DNA from: an uncultured delta proteobacterium
GTDB taxonomy: Bacteria; Myxococcota_A; Polyangia; Polyangiales; Houyiibacteriaceae
NCBI GenBank assembly: GCA_963699755.1
Contig: CAVOVB010000010.1
Span: 160,001-224,000 of the forward strand
Length of the DNA: 64,000 nucleotides
Direction: 5' to 3'
Part shown: positions 11,289 to 21,142 of the stretch, piece by piece
How the letters are laid out: each line of letters starts with the position of its first letter
How positions within the stretch are numbered: the first letter of the stretch is position 1
Made by a program: the position numbers and the translations under genes
The notes under the pieces: generated by a model
What the model was told of the DNA's origin: nothing
What the model saw: only the letters and a program-made list of their open reading frames with translations
The model's database searches: none

Positions 11289-12584
11289 ATGTCCAACGTG
11301 CACATTCCCGAGTCGCCCTGGTTCTCGTACCGAGATGGCGCGCTCGCCTGCGAAGGCGTCGCACTCGAGTCGATTGCCAACGAGTTCGACACGCCCGCGT
11401 TCGTGTATTCCGGTGCGGCGATCGACGAGGCGTATCGTTCGATCGACGAGGCGCTGGCCTTCGCTCCGCACCTGATCGCCTACGCCGTGAAGGCCAATGG
11501 CAACCTGTCCGTCCTCGCGCGCCTCGCCTCGCAGGGCTGCGGCGCAGACATCGTGTCGGCGGGCGAGATGCAGCGCGCGCTCAAGGCCGGCTTCCCGCCC
11601 GAACGGATCATCTACAGCGGCGTCGGAAAGCGGCGCGAGGAAATCGTGGCCGCCGCCAAGGCCGGCATTCGCGCGCTGCACGTCGAAAACATCCAGGAGC
11701 TCGATGTCGTCGAAAGCGTCGCTAAGGAGCTCGGTCGTACGCTGGCCATCGGCTTGCGGGTCAACCCCGATGTCGACCCGAAAACCCATCCCTACATCGC
11801 CACCGGCCTCCGCGAATCGAAGTTCGGCCTCGCGATCCCCGTGGCCGAGTCGATCGTTCCTCGCGTGGTCCGTAGCTCGCAGCTCGTCCTCGAAGCGGTG
11901 GCCTGTCACATCGGCTCCCAACTTTCGTCTCCACGCCCTCTCCGTGAAGCGATCGAGATTCTCGGCAACTTCGCCCGCCATTGCATCGATCAGGGGGCTC
12001 GCCTGCGCGCGATCGACGTCGGCGGCGGATGGCCGATGCACTACGGGCAGGAGCTCGACCCGTACCCGCCCACTGCTGTCTTTGGCCATGCGATTCGCGA
12101 AGGCTTGGAAGCATCCGGGATGCTGCGCCCGGATATCGAAGTCATCACCGAACCGGGACGCGCGCTCGTGGGGGACGCAGGCGTGCTCCTGACCCGTGTT
12201 CTGTACACGAAGATGCAAGGAGATCGCCGCTTCGTAATCGTCGACGCTGCGATGACCGAGCTCATCCGTCCCGCACTCTATGGCGCCTACCACGCGATCA
12301 TGCCCCTCGAGGAGCCTGACCCGAACGCCGATCTCGTTTCGGTCGACGTCGTTGGGCCCGTCTGCGAGTCGGGCGACTTCGTCGCGAAGGACCGCCCCTT
12401 GCCCGAGGTGAAGCAGGGCGACTTACTTGCCATTCGCGGAGCTGGCGCTTACGGACGGGAGATGCAGAGCATGTACAACGCACGCCCGCTGCCCCCCGAG
12501 GTTCTCGTCGATGGGTCGCGATCACGCCTGGTGCGTCGGCGCAGCGATGCAGAAGCGCTCTGGCAAGGCGAGATCCTCGCATGA
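11289..12584 (+). CDS. lysA: Diaminopimelate decarboxylase
   Basis: YAVKAN (PLP lysine), THPYIATG..SKFG, HIGSQ, EPGR, VGPVCESGD, GAYG. Confidence 0.95.
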   Translation: MSNVHIPESPWFSYRDGALACEGVALESIANEFDTPAFVYSGAAIDEAYRSIDEALAFAPHLIAYAVKANGNLSVLARLASQGCGADIVSAGEMQRALKAGFPPERIIYSGVGKRREEIVAAAKAGIRALHVENIQELDVVESVAKELGRTLAIGLRVNPDVDPKTHPYIATGLRESKFGLAIPVAESIVPRVVRSSQLVLEAVACHIGSQLSSPRPLREAIEILGNFARHCIDQGARLRAIDVGGGWPMHYGQELDPYPPTAVFGHAIREGLEASGMLRPDIEVITEPGRALVGDAGVLLTRVLYTKMQGDRRFVIVDAAMTELIRPALYGAYHAIMPLEEPDPNADLVSVDVVGPVCESGDFVAKDRPLPEVKQGDLLAIRGAGAYGREMQSMYNARPLPPEVLVDGSRSRLVRRRSDAEALWQGEILA

Positions 12585-13639
12585 GCGGCGTGACGATCAT
12601 CGGGACGGGTCGCTACCTGCCCGGTGAGCCTGTGCCCAATGACGCCCTCGCCCGCGTGATGCACACGAGCGATGACTGGATTCAATCACGCACGGGGATC
12701 AAGCAGCGCTACTTCGCGCGCGACGGACAGGGACCGAGCGACCTCGCCGTCGAAGCGGCTCAGCTAGCGATCGACGACGCCGGCATCGAAGCCTCAAACA
12801 TCGAGTACATCATCTTTGCCACGATGACGCCCGACTATTTCTTTCCCGGTTCGGGCCCACTCTTGGGTGCGAAGCTCGGGCTCTCCGGTGTTCCCGCGCT
12901 CGATATTCGGCAGCAGTGCGCAGCAATCCCCTTCGCCTTGCAACTTGCCAATGGTCTGGTGCAATCCGGCGCTGCAAAGACGATTTTGCTCGTGGGCGCC
13001 GACGCCCATGCTGGCTTCATGCCTTGGTCTGACTGGGACCTGGTCCGTTCCGAATCGGAAGGGCAAGTCTCTCCCGAAGCCTATGAGCGCGCCAACCGCC
13101 ACCGGAGCCTGGCCGTGGTCTTTGGAGACGGCGCTGCGGCGATGGTGCTCGAGAAGAGCAAGGCGCCGACCGGCGGTTTCATCGGCGCCGAATTGCACAG
13201 CGACGGGGACTCGTTCGACCATCTGTTCGTCTCGGGCTGCGGGTTTCGGAACGTCCCCTACGTGACCCCGGAGGCAGTGCTCGCCGACGAGCACATTCCG
13301 CAGATGCGCGGCCCTTCACTTCTCAAAAAGGCGGTTCAAACTCTTTCGCGCACCGTAAAGTCGCTCTGCGAGACCCATGGCGTCTCCCAGAGCGAGATCG
13401 ATTGTTTCATCGCACATCAGGCCAACGATCGAATCAATCGGGCCGTCCGCCAGGCGCTCAAGATCCCGGAATCGAAGATCCCCTCGAACATCGCGCGCTA
13501 CGGCAACACCTCGGCCGCGACGATCGGCATTCTCACCGACGAGCTTCGGCGCGACGGACGCATCCGCGAAGGCGACCTCCTGTGCTTCCTCGCGCTCGGC
13601 GCCGGCTTGAGCTGGGGCGCTACCCTGCTTCGCCTCTGA
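12581..13639 (+). CDS. fabH: 3-oxoacyl-ACP synthase III family protein
   Basis: TSDDWIQSRTGI, catalytic Cys in DIRQQCA, FGDGAAA, HQAN, GNTSAA (Cys-His-Asn triad). Confidence 0.85.
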   Translation: MSGVTIIGTGRYLPGEPVPNDALARVMHTSDDWIQSRTGIKQRYFARDGQGPSDLAVEAAQLAIDDAGIEASNIEYIIFATMTPDYFFPGSGPLLGAKLGLSGVPALDIRQQCAAIPFALQLANGLVQSGAAKTILLVGADAHAGFMPWSDWDLVRSESEGQVSPEAYERANRHRSLAVVFGDGAAAMVLEKSKAPTGGFIGAELHSDGDSFDHLFVSGCGFRNVPYVTPEAVLADEHIPQMRGPSLLKKAVQTLSRTVKSLCETHGVSQSEIDCFIAHQANDRINRAVRQALKIPESKIPSNIARYGNTSAATIGILTDELRRDGRIREGDLLCFLALGAGLSWGATLLRL

Positions 13640-13663
13640 ACGAAGCTTCGCTGCTCCATGGGT

Positions 13664-14740
13664 TCAGTCCCGCAATACGTCGGGGCGCTCACCAATCTTT
13701 GGTCTGATCACGCCGCGCTCCGTGTAGATCGCATCGATGAGGCGCGCTGGGGTGATGTCGAACGCAGGGTGCCGGCACGGGATTCCGTCCGAAACCAACT
13801 TGCTGTTTCCGATGGTTGCCACTTCCTCTCGCGAGCGCTCTTCGATCGGTATGTCCGCACCGGACCGTGCTCGCGGGTCGACCGTGCTCCAAGGCGCTGC
13901 AACCGTGAACGGCACCTCGTGATGATTGGCGAGAACGGCGAGCGAGTAGGTCCCGATCTTGTTTGCTACGTCGGAGTTGGCCGCGATTCGATCGCTGCCC
14001 AGCACCACGAACTGGATCTCCCCCTTCTGAAAAAAATGCCCCGCCATGCTGTCAGTGATCACCTCGACCGGGATCCCATCTTGATGAAGCTCCCATGCAG
14101 TGAGTCGCGCACCCTGAAGATAGGGGCGCGTTTCGCCCGCAAGGACGCGAATGCCTTTGCCCTGCGCGTGAGCCGTGCGCACCACGCCCAGCGCGGTACC
14201 ATAGCCCCCGGTCGCCAGGGCTCCAGCGTTGCAATGGGTGAGGATCAGAGCGCCTCGGGGAACATCCGCCGCGCCGAGCTCGGCGATCGTCCGACACGCT
14301 TCGACGTCTTCTCGGTGAATCGCCTCGGCCTCTTCGAGCATCGCCTCATAGCGCGCCTCCGGAGCCAGGTCGCAGACCGCTCCGGCACGTCGAGACATCC
14401 TCGCGATCGCCCAGGCCAGATTGACGGCCGTCGGCCGCGTTGCATTGAGCGCGCGACCGGCGACCCCATTGGCCACCAGAAACATTCTCGCGTCACTCTG
14501 CTCGCCCCGCGCAACCATCGCCAGCGCATAAGCCGCCGCGATCCCGATCGCGGGCGCCCCGCGAACCACCATGTCGCGAATTGCCTTCGCTACCTCATCC
14601 GGCGTGCGGTAGCGGTGATATTTCACCTCGGCCGGAAGGAGGCGCTGGTCGAGCATGACCAACTCCTCGCTGGCCGGGTCGAATTCGACTGCGAACCAAG
14701 CGGCGCCGCTCAGAGGTGGGCGCGAAAGGTTCCCGCTCAT
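13664..14740 (-). CDS. mtnA: S-methyl-5-thioribose-1-phosphate isomerase
   Basis: LDQRLLP, MVVRGAPAIG, TRPTAVNL, THCNAGALAT, ETRPYLQGARLTAWEL, ANKIGTY. ATG 14740 overlaps the gatB stop. Confidence 0.95.
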   Translation of the reverse strand: MSGNLSRPPLSGAAWFAVEFDPASEELVMLDQRLLPAEVKYHRYRTPDEVAKAIRDMVVRGAPAIGIAAAYALAMVARGEQSDARMFLVANGVAGRALNATRPTAVNLAWAIARMSRRAGAVCDLAPEARYEAMLEEAEAIHREDVEACRTIAELGAADVPRGALILTHCNAGALATGGYGTALGVVRTAHAQGKGIRVLAGETRPYLQGARLTAWELHQDGIPVEVITDSMAGHFFQKGEIQFVVLGSDRIAANSDVANKIGTYSLAVLANHHEVPFTVAAPWSTVDPRARSGADIPIEERSREEVATIGNSKLVSDGIPCRHPAFDITPARLIDAIYTERGVIRPKIGERPDVLRD

Positions 14741-16200
14741 CGGTCGTCCAAGAGTCGCCGGAGTATCTCGTTGACCACCTTTGGATTGGCGGCGCCCTTG
14801 GTCGCCTTCATCACTTGCCCAACGAAGTAGCCCATCACGTTGGTCTTGCCCTCTTTGTACTGGGTGACCTGGGCGGGGCTCGCTTCGAGGATGCGGAGAA
14901 CCTCTTCCTCGATGGCTCCTGTGTCTGTCACCTGCGCCAAGCCTTGTTGCTCGATGATGACTTTCGGAGCCGTACCGCTCTCGACCATCGAAGCGAATAC
15001 CTTCTTTGCGATCTTGCCGTTGATCGTCCCGTCTTCGACGCAGACGAGAAGCTCCGCGAGCGCGCTCGGTGCAACCGGAAACAAGGCCTCGAGCCCGTCC
15101 GTCGTCACGTGCCGCAGGACTTCCGCTTGTACGAAGTTGCCCACCTTCTTGCCAGCCTCGTCGGCCTCCTTGCCCGACAGCTCCACGAACGAGCGCGTTG
15201 CCTCTTCGAAGTACCTGGCAACTTCCGGGTGGCTGGAGAGCACCCCCGCGTCGTATTCGGTCAGTCCAAGCTCCGCCTGCCACCTCACTCGCTTGGCACC
15301 GGGAAGCTCAGGAAGAGCTCCGCGAAGCTCTTTGATGCGGGCCTCGGTCACCACGATCGGCGGCAGGTCCGGATCTGGGAAATAGCGATAGTCATGCGCC
15401 TCTTCTTTGCTGCGCATCGAAATCGTCTTGCCCTGCGCCTCGCTCCAGGTGCGGGTCTCTTGGATCACCGTGCCCCCGCTCTGAAGCACGCCTTCTTGGC
15501 GCGCGATCTCATGGTCAATCGCCTTCTTCACGAAGCGAAACGAATTGATGTTCTTGAGCTCGGCGCGCGTGCCGAGCTCCTCTTGGCCGACGGGACGAAT
15601 CGACACGTTGGCGTCACAGCGAAACGAGCCTTCCTCGAGGTTGCCATCATTCACGCCGATGAACATCAGCACGTCGCGCAGCTTCCGAAGGTATGCCTCG
15701 GCCTCCTCTGCACTTCGCAGGTCCGGCTCGCTGACGATTTCGACCAGGGGTGTGCCTCCTCGGTTGAAGTCGACCAGCGTGACCGCGCTCGAGCCGGTGC
15801 CGTGAATGTTCTTCGCCGCGTCTTCCTCGACGTGGATGCGTGTGATCCCAATCCGTTTGGTCTGGCCGTCGACTTCGATGTCCAGATGGCCCCTCCCATT
15901 GAGCGGAAGCTCGAACTGGGAGATTTGATAGCCCTTGGGCAAGTCTGGATAGAAGTAGTTCTTCCGCGCAAAAACACTATGGCTGGCGACCTCGCAGTCG
16001 AGCGCCAGCCCGGCCTGAATGGCAAGCTCGATCGCCTTTTCGTTGGGCACCGGCAAGGCGCCTGGGAGGGCAAGGCATACTGGACATGTGTGCTCATTGG
16101 GGGGCGCCCCGTACTCCGTCGGACACCCACAAAACAGCTTCGTCCGTGAACGCATCTGGGCGTGCACTTCGAGTCCAATCACCGGCTCATAAGCGGTCAT
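14737..16200 (-). CDS. gatB: Asp-tRNA(Asn)/Glu-tRNA(Gln) amidotransferase subunit B
   Basis: VIGLEVHAQ, RKNYFYPDLPKGYQISQ, EEGSFRCDANVS, YRYFPDPDLPP, GYFVGQVMKAT. Confidence 0.98.
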   Translation of the reverse strand: MTAYEPVIGLEVHAQMRSRTKLFCGCPTEYGAPPNEHTCPVCLALPGALPVPNEKAIELAIQAGLALDCEVASHSVFARKNYFYPDLPKGYQISQFELPLNGRGHLDIEVDGQTKRIGITRIHVEEDAAKNIHGTGSSAVTLVDFNRGGTPLVEIVSEPDLRSAEEAEAYLRKLRDVLMFIGVNDGNLEEGSFRCDANVSIRPVGQEELGTRAELKNINSFRFVKKAIDHEIARQEGVLQSGGTVIQETRTWSEAQGKTISMRSKEEAHDYRYFPDPDLPPIVVTEARIKELRGALPELPGAKRVRWQAELGLTEYDAGVLSSHPEVARYFEEATRSFVELSGKEADEAGKKVGNFVQAEVLRHVTTDGLEALFPVAPSALAELLVCVEDGTINGKIAKKVFASMVESGTAPKVIIEQQGLAQVTDTGAIEEEVLRILEASPAQVTQYKEGKTNVMGYFVGQVMKATKGAANPKVVNEILRRLLDDR

Positions 16201-16295
16201 GCGCGTGGTTTATAGCGCACCGAGGATGGAAGGCCATCTCCTCGAGCCGGAGATACATTGGCATTTGCTTATCAATTTGCCCATCATGAGGGCGG

Positions 16296-17819
16296 GTGGA
16301 AATGCCTTCAGAGACCGGCCAAGGGGAACAAACGCCTGAAGCCTTTCGCGTGCTCGTGGTCGACGATAGTCGGTCGATCCGTCGTCGCGTCGTGCAGAAG
16401 CTCCAGACGATGAACTTCCAGATCACCGAAGCGGCTTCTGGCGAAGAAGCGCTGGCGCTCAGCCTGGAGCAGACCTTCGACTTGGTCGTCAGCGACATCG
16501 AAATGGGCGAGATCACCGGTGTCCAGCTCTGCCGCGTCTTCCGTGGCGACCCGGGCATCGCCGACATCGCCTTCGTTCTACTGACTGCGGCCAAAGAAGC
16601 GAAGACCCGTTTCTGGGGCCGAAACGCCGGGGCGGATGTCTACCTCGCAAAGGAAGACATGGAGGAGAAGCTCCTGCCGGCCGTCGAGAAGATCATGGAA
16701 GGCCGGACGCCACGCAAGAGCAGCCGACCCGAGCTCACGGGCACACCGCTTGAACGGGTGAGCGCCGTACTCGAGCACCATCTGTTCGAGGTAGTCGTCC
16801 AATCCGAAGTCCGCCGCCTGATGGACCATGTTCACGATCGACACGAGTTCAGCGAAAAGGTCCTGGAGCTCGCCGGCGAAGTCGTCGGCTGTCCGTATCT
16901 GGTTCTCCAGCTTCTCGGGCCCGGAGGGCCCAGCTATGCGATCCGGGCGCGCGGACCCTGGCCCGAGGACGAGCCCACCGCAGGGCTGGCCGCACTAGGG
17001 ATTCCCGAGAAGAGCATCGCGGCGACCCGGACGGCGCTCGATCCCGATCCGAAATATGGCACCGGCCGCCACGTGGTCGGCGGGCGCTCCTACAACTGCG
17101 AGATCCGGGTCCGTGACGAGTCCCTCGGCACCTTGCAGGTCTTTGGCGGAGCAAACGTCTGCGCCCCGCCCGATCTTCGCAGCTTGGAGCTCATCGCCGA
17201 TGCCTTGGGCGTCGTGGTGAAGTCCCTTTTTCTGGTCGAGCAAACGCAACTCCTGGCCCTGACCGACGGCCTCACCGGGCTCTACAATCGCCGCCATGCA
17301 AGCCAGCGCCTGGAAGAGGAGATTGCGCGCGCGCGCCGCAACAACACCGGCCTCTGCGTCGCCATGTGCGACGTCGATCACTTCAAAGCGATCAACGACG
17401 AGTTCGGGCACGCAGCGGGCGATCACGTCCTACAACAAATCGCGAAATCATTGTCCGAGTACGTTCGCCGAAACGACATCGTGTCGCGCTGGGGCGGCGA
17501 GGAGTTCCTCGTAATCTTCTCCGAGATCAAACTCGCGGCTGCGCGCATCGTTGCCGAGCGGCTTCGGGGCCGGCTTGCGAAGACTCCGCAAGGCGAGGAT
17601 GGTCCGGACCAAATCAGCGTCAGCATCGGACTCGCGATGCTCCGCCCGGGCATCAGCGCAGAAGCTCTGGTCGAACAGGCAGACCAAGCGCTCTACCGCG
17701 CGAAGGCCCGGGGGCGAAACCGAGTCGAGGTCGCCGGCGAGGAACGACGTGCGAGACCCTCAATCAGAACGCAGGGAATCGTTGCGGAAACCGAGTCGAA
17801 GCATCCCGAACCCAAGTAG
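16296..17819 (+). CDS. Response-regulator diguanylate cyclase (REC - GAF-like - GGDEF)
   Basis: REC VLVVDDS...SDIEM; ALTDGLTGLYNRR, DVDHFKAINDEFGH..GD, I-site RRND followed by RWGGEEF, ADQALYRAK. Confidence 0.92.
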   Translation: MEMPSETGQGEQTPEAFRVLVVDDSRSIRRRVVQKLQTMNFQITEAASGEEALALSLEQTFDLVVSDIEMGEITGVQLCRVFRGDPGIADIAFVLLTAAKEAKTRFWGRNAGADVYLAKEDMEEKLLPAVEKIMEGRTPRKSSRPELTGTPLERVSAVLEHHLFEVVVQSEVRRLMDHVHDRHEFSEKVLELAGEVVGCPYLVLQLLGPGGPSYAIRARGPWPEDEPTAGLAALGIPEKSIAATRTALDPDPKYGTGRHVVGGRSYNCEIRVRDESLGTLQVFGGANVCAPPDLRSLELIADALGVVVKSLFLVEQTQLLALTDGLTGLYNRRHASQRLEEEIARARRNNTGLCVAMCDVDHFKAINDEFGHAAGDHVLQQIAKSLSEYVRRNDIVSRWGGEEFLVIFSEIKLAAARIVAERLRGRLAKTPQGEDGPDQISVSIGLAMLRPGISAEALVEQADQALYRAKARGRNRVEVAGEERRARPSIRTQGIVAETESKHPEPK

Positions 17820-17822
17820 ACA

Positions 17823-19289
17823 TCAGCCAATCGCAGGGGGCCGAGATCCCATGAGGCCGCACTCACGTTCCACCGCCTGCGCCACGCTACACAGTAGCTC
17901 TTCTTCGAACGGAGCTGCCACGAGCTGAATGCCAATGGGGAGCCCTCCTGAAGAAAGGCCGCACGGGGTGCTCACCGCGGGCAAACCGGCAAGGCTTGGA
18001 GGCAAGGTGAAGATGTCGGCGAGGTACATCTCTAGTGGGTCGCCGGTTTTTTCACCGAGGGCGAAGGCCGGCGTTGGCGTCGTCGGCGTACAGACGACAT
18101 CGCAGCTCTCGAATGCCCTGTCGTAGTCGCGCCGGATCAGGGTTCGAACGCGCTGCGCCTTGAGATAGAAGGCATCGTAGTACCCTGCCGAAAGCGCGTA
18201 GGTCCCGAGCATGATGCGTCGGCGGACCTCTGGGCCAAAGCCCTCGGCTCGAGTCCTCATGTAGGTCTCGGTCAAGTCGTCGCCGGGCACCCGAAGTCCG
18301 TAGCGGATCCCATCGAAGCGAGCGAGGTTGCTCGACGCCTCGGCCGTCGCAATCAAGTAGTACACCGAGACGGCGTGCTTGGCGTGTGGCAGAGAAACGT
18401 CGACCAAGGTCGCGCCTTCTTTCTCGAGCGCGCTCAACGCCGATTCGGTTGCCACCCGAACGTTCTGATCTTGAAGGCCCGCGATCAGGTCGCGGACCAC
18501 GCCCACACGCAGCCCCTTCACGCCGCGATCGCAGGCGGCCAGGTAGCTGCCCGTCTCTCGCTCTGCCGACGTTGCGTCGCGCCCGTCATGGCCGGCCACT
18601 ACTTCGAGTAAGAGCGCAGCCTCGCGTACCGAACGCGCCATCGGTCCGACCTGGTCGAGCGACGATGCAAAGGCCACGAGGCCGTACCGAGACACTCGGC
18701 CATAGGTCGGTTTGATCGCCGTGATACCGCAGAACGCCGCTGGTTGCCGCACCGACCCGCCCGTGTCGCTGCCAAGCGCGAACGGCGCCAAGCCCGCTGC
18801 AGTTGCCGATGCCGAGCCACCCGAAGAACCGCCTGGGGCACGATCGAGAGCCCAGGGATTGTGCACGATTGCAAACGCCGAGTTCTCGTTGGACGAGCCC
18901 ATCGCGAACTCGTCGAGATTTGTTTTCCCGAGAATCACTGCCCCTGATGCGCGTAGCGCCTGGATGACGTGTGCATCATACGGCGGGATGTAGTCGCCGA
19001 GTATCTTCGATGCGCAGGTCGTGCGAACACCTCGCGTGCAGAGGTTGTCTTTCACCGCGATCGGAACCCCAGCCAAGGCTCCAAGCGCTTCACCGGCGCC
19101 TCGCATGCGATCGACTTGCGCAGCCGCCGCGAGCGCTCCCTCGTGGTCGATCGTGACAAAGCAACAGAGCGTCGGGTTGAGCGCTTCAGCCCGCGCGAGA
19201 TAGGCGCGCGCAACCTCGACCGCCGTCACTTTCCCGGCAGCGACCTGCTCTCGAATCTCGAAGGCGCTCTGCCAAGGAAAGTCGCTCAT
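17823..19289 (-). CDS. gatA: Amidotransferase subunit A
   Basis: AVKDN, GKTNLDEFAMGSS, GGSSGGS, GSDTGGSVRQPA, SSNLARFDGIRYG, EVRRRIMLGTYALS. Confidence 0.98.
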   Translation of the reverse strand: MSDFPWQSAFEIREQVAAGKVTAVEVARAYLARAEALNPTLCCFVTIDHEGALAAAAQVDRMRGAGEALGALAGVPIAVKDNLCTRGVRTTCASKILGDYIPPYDAHVIQALRASGAVILGKTNLDEFAMGSSNENSAFAIVHNPWALDRAPGGSSGGSASATAAGLAPFALGSDTGGSVRQPAAFCGITAIKPTYGRVSRYGLVAFASSLDQVGPMARSVREAALLLEVVAGHDGRDATSAERETGSYLAACDRGVKGLRVGVVRDLIAGLQDQNVRVATESALSALEKEGATLVDVSLPHAKHAVSVYYLIATAEASSNLARFDGIRYGLRVPGDDLTETYMRTRAEGFGPEVRRRIMLGTYALSAGYYDAFYLKAQRVRTLIRRDYDRAFESCDVVCTPTTPTPAFALGEKTGDPLEMYLADIFTLPPSLAGLPAVSTPCGLSSGGLPIGIQLVAAPFEEELLCSVAQAVERECGLMGSRPPAIG

Positions 19290-19591
19290 CCATCGGCCTC
19301 GAGCACGAGCGGCACCGCGTAACCACCCGCTTCGCTTGCCGGCGCCTGCGCAAGCGTCTCGGCGCGGTCAGCGCAGCGTTCGGGCACGTCCCGCCGCAGG
19401 GGCGCATCCATCGGAATCGAATGAAACGTCGGCGGGACGTCCGAAACGTCGAGCTCGCCCAGCCCGTCCATGTATCCGAGGATCGCGTCGAGCTGCGCCT
19501 GCATCTGTCGCGCCTCCTCATCGGACAGGGCCAGCCTGGCGAGCTTCGCGACGTGCAAAACCTGCTCTAGCGTGATCTTAGGGTCCGCCAT
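19286..19591 (-). CDS. gatC: Amidotransferase subunit C
   Basis: ITLEQVLHVAKLARL...LDVSDVPPT...LRRD; overlaps the gatA start. Confidence 0.95.
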   Translation of the reverse strand: MADPKITLEQVLHVAKLARLALSDEEARQMQAQLDAILGYMDGLGELDVSDVPPTFHSIPMDAPLRRDVPERCADRAETLAQAPASEAGGYAVPLVLEADG

Positions 19592-19741
19592 GGGGCGCCG
19601 AAGGTAGCAGATCCGTCCTTTGAGGCGAGGTCTGCGTCCTCACTCACCAAAAATTGCGATTCGATTGACGAATCAGTCCGAAAAGGCTTACCTTTTTGCT
19701 TGAAACGGACATTTGCGGTGGCATCAGAACTAATCCGTTGG

Positions 19742-21142
19742 ATGGCTAACCAACTCCGCCTCAACCTCCTCGAAGAGGGGGAGAACGGCACCGTGAAAGC
19801 TAACCCGGGCGCAATCGTCGCGCTCCGGGGGGAGTTGCCCGCGGACTTGTTCGAAGGCGCTCGGCAATTGCTCGGGAACGTCGACGAGCTCGGTTTGAGG
19901 GATGCCATCGAGCGCGCGCGCGAAGGGAAGCCATCGGCCTTCGCCCCGCAGCCCGGCGTGCAACTGCTTGCGGTGCCCATCGCCGCTGGGCGCGCGGCCG
20001 TCTTGGTGACGTCGCAAGAGAGCCCACTCGCCGAGAACGTTCAGGCGAAGGCCGCCGCTGCCGATCTCGCCGCAGGCGTTTCACACGAAGTCGCCAACGC
20101 ACTGAGCGCGATCGTTGGCTGGGCGCAGGTGGCCCGCGAGCGACCCGACAAGGCCCCCCCAGAAGAAGCGCTCAGCTTGATTGAGAAGAGCGCACAGGTC
20201 GCTCGCGACGCCACGCAAGACCTCTTGCGCATGGTGCGGCACACCAATCACGAAAGGACACACACCGACTTGTCGGTAGTCATTCGCGACGTCGTGCGTC
20301 TCATTCGTCCCGAAGCCCAGAGCAAGCGCGTGAACGTCGAAGCCGAAGTCGAGGACTCTTGCTGGGTCGAGGGCAAGCGATCGCAACTCTTTTCGATCGT
20401 CTGGAACCTCGCGCACAACGCCGTGCAGATGGTTCCCGCGAACGGAAAGGTCTCGATTCAGGCCCGTCGACGCGGTTCCCTCGTCGAGCTCGAAGTTCTC
20501 GACAACGGGCCCGGAATGTCCGAAGCCCAACAAGCGCGCGTGTTCGAGCCATATTACACCACCCGAACCGAGGGCACCGGCCTAGGCCTCGCAATCGTTC
20601 GCGGGACCGTCGAGTCACTCGGGGGCAGAATTCGTCTCGACACCTCGCCTGGACGAGGCGCGAGGTTCCGCATCGAGCTTCCCGAGGTAGGCGTGAAACG
20701 TGATTCCGACCTGGTGCCGAAGCCATCCCGTATCAGTCGGGTCATCAAGCCCGAAGAGGTGCAGAGCAGCCATGTGCTCGTCGTGGAAGACGACGAAGGC
20801 GTGCGCGGCCTCATCGCGACGACTTTGATGCTCACCGGTGTCGCCTCTACCTGTGTCGGAACGGCAAGAGAAGCACTCGAGAGCAGCGGGCCCTTCTCTG
20901 CGGCGATGATCGACCTCACCCTTCCCGATGAGCGCGGAGACATCCTCCTCGGCCAGCTGCGAAAGAAGGGCTTGGTGACCCGGGCTGCGATCATGAGCGG
21001 CGCACCACCGCCGGACGATGCCGATCCCGACGGCAAACCCGAGCGCTGGCTTCGCAAGCCCTTCGACCCCTCGGATCTTCTTCAGACTGTCGGGGAGCTC
21101 CTCGAATCGGATTCGGACGCACGAAGCGCATCTGGCTCTTAA
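19742..21142 (+). CDS. Cytoplasmic hybrid histidine kinase (HisKA - HATPase - REC)
   Basis: H-box GVSHEVANAL, N-box WNLAHNA, DNGPGM, FEPYYTT..GTGLGL; C-terminal REC VLVVEDD...IDLTLP...KPF. Start ATG 19742 preferred over TTG 19700. Confidence 0.9.
   Translation: MANQLRLNLLEEGENGTVKANPGAIVALRGELPADLFEGARQLLGNVDELGLRDAIERAREGKPSAFAPQPGVQLLAVPIAAGRAAVLVTSQESPLAENVQAKAAAADLAAGVSHEVANALSAIVGWAQVARERPDKAPPEEALSLIEKSAQVARDATQDLLRMVRHTNHERTHTDLSVVIRDVVRLIRPEAQSKRVNVEAEVEDSCWVEGKRSQLFSIVWNLAHNAVQMVPANGKVSIQARRRGSLVELEVLDNGPGMSEAQQARVFEPYYTTRTEGTGLGLAIVRGTVESLGGRIRLDTSPGRGARFRIELPEVGVKRDSDLVPKPSRISRVIKPEEVQSSHVLVVEDDEGVRGLIATTLMLTGVASTCVGTAREALESSGPFSAAMIDLTLPDERGDILLGQLRKKGLVTRAAIMSGAPPPDDADPDGKPERWLRKPFDPSDLLQTVGELLESDSDARSASGS

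Noticed and set aside
14741..15283. Apparent long N-terminus of mtnA (possible fusion or frameshift with gatB)
   Set aside because: An out-of-frame open stretch inside gatB; a normal ATGA overlap explains the junction.
16255..16285. Possible sigma54 promoter (TGGCA...) upstream of the diguanylate cyclase
   Set aside because: The GG-N10-GC spacing is not satisfied on either strand.
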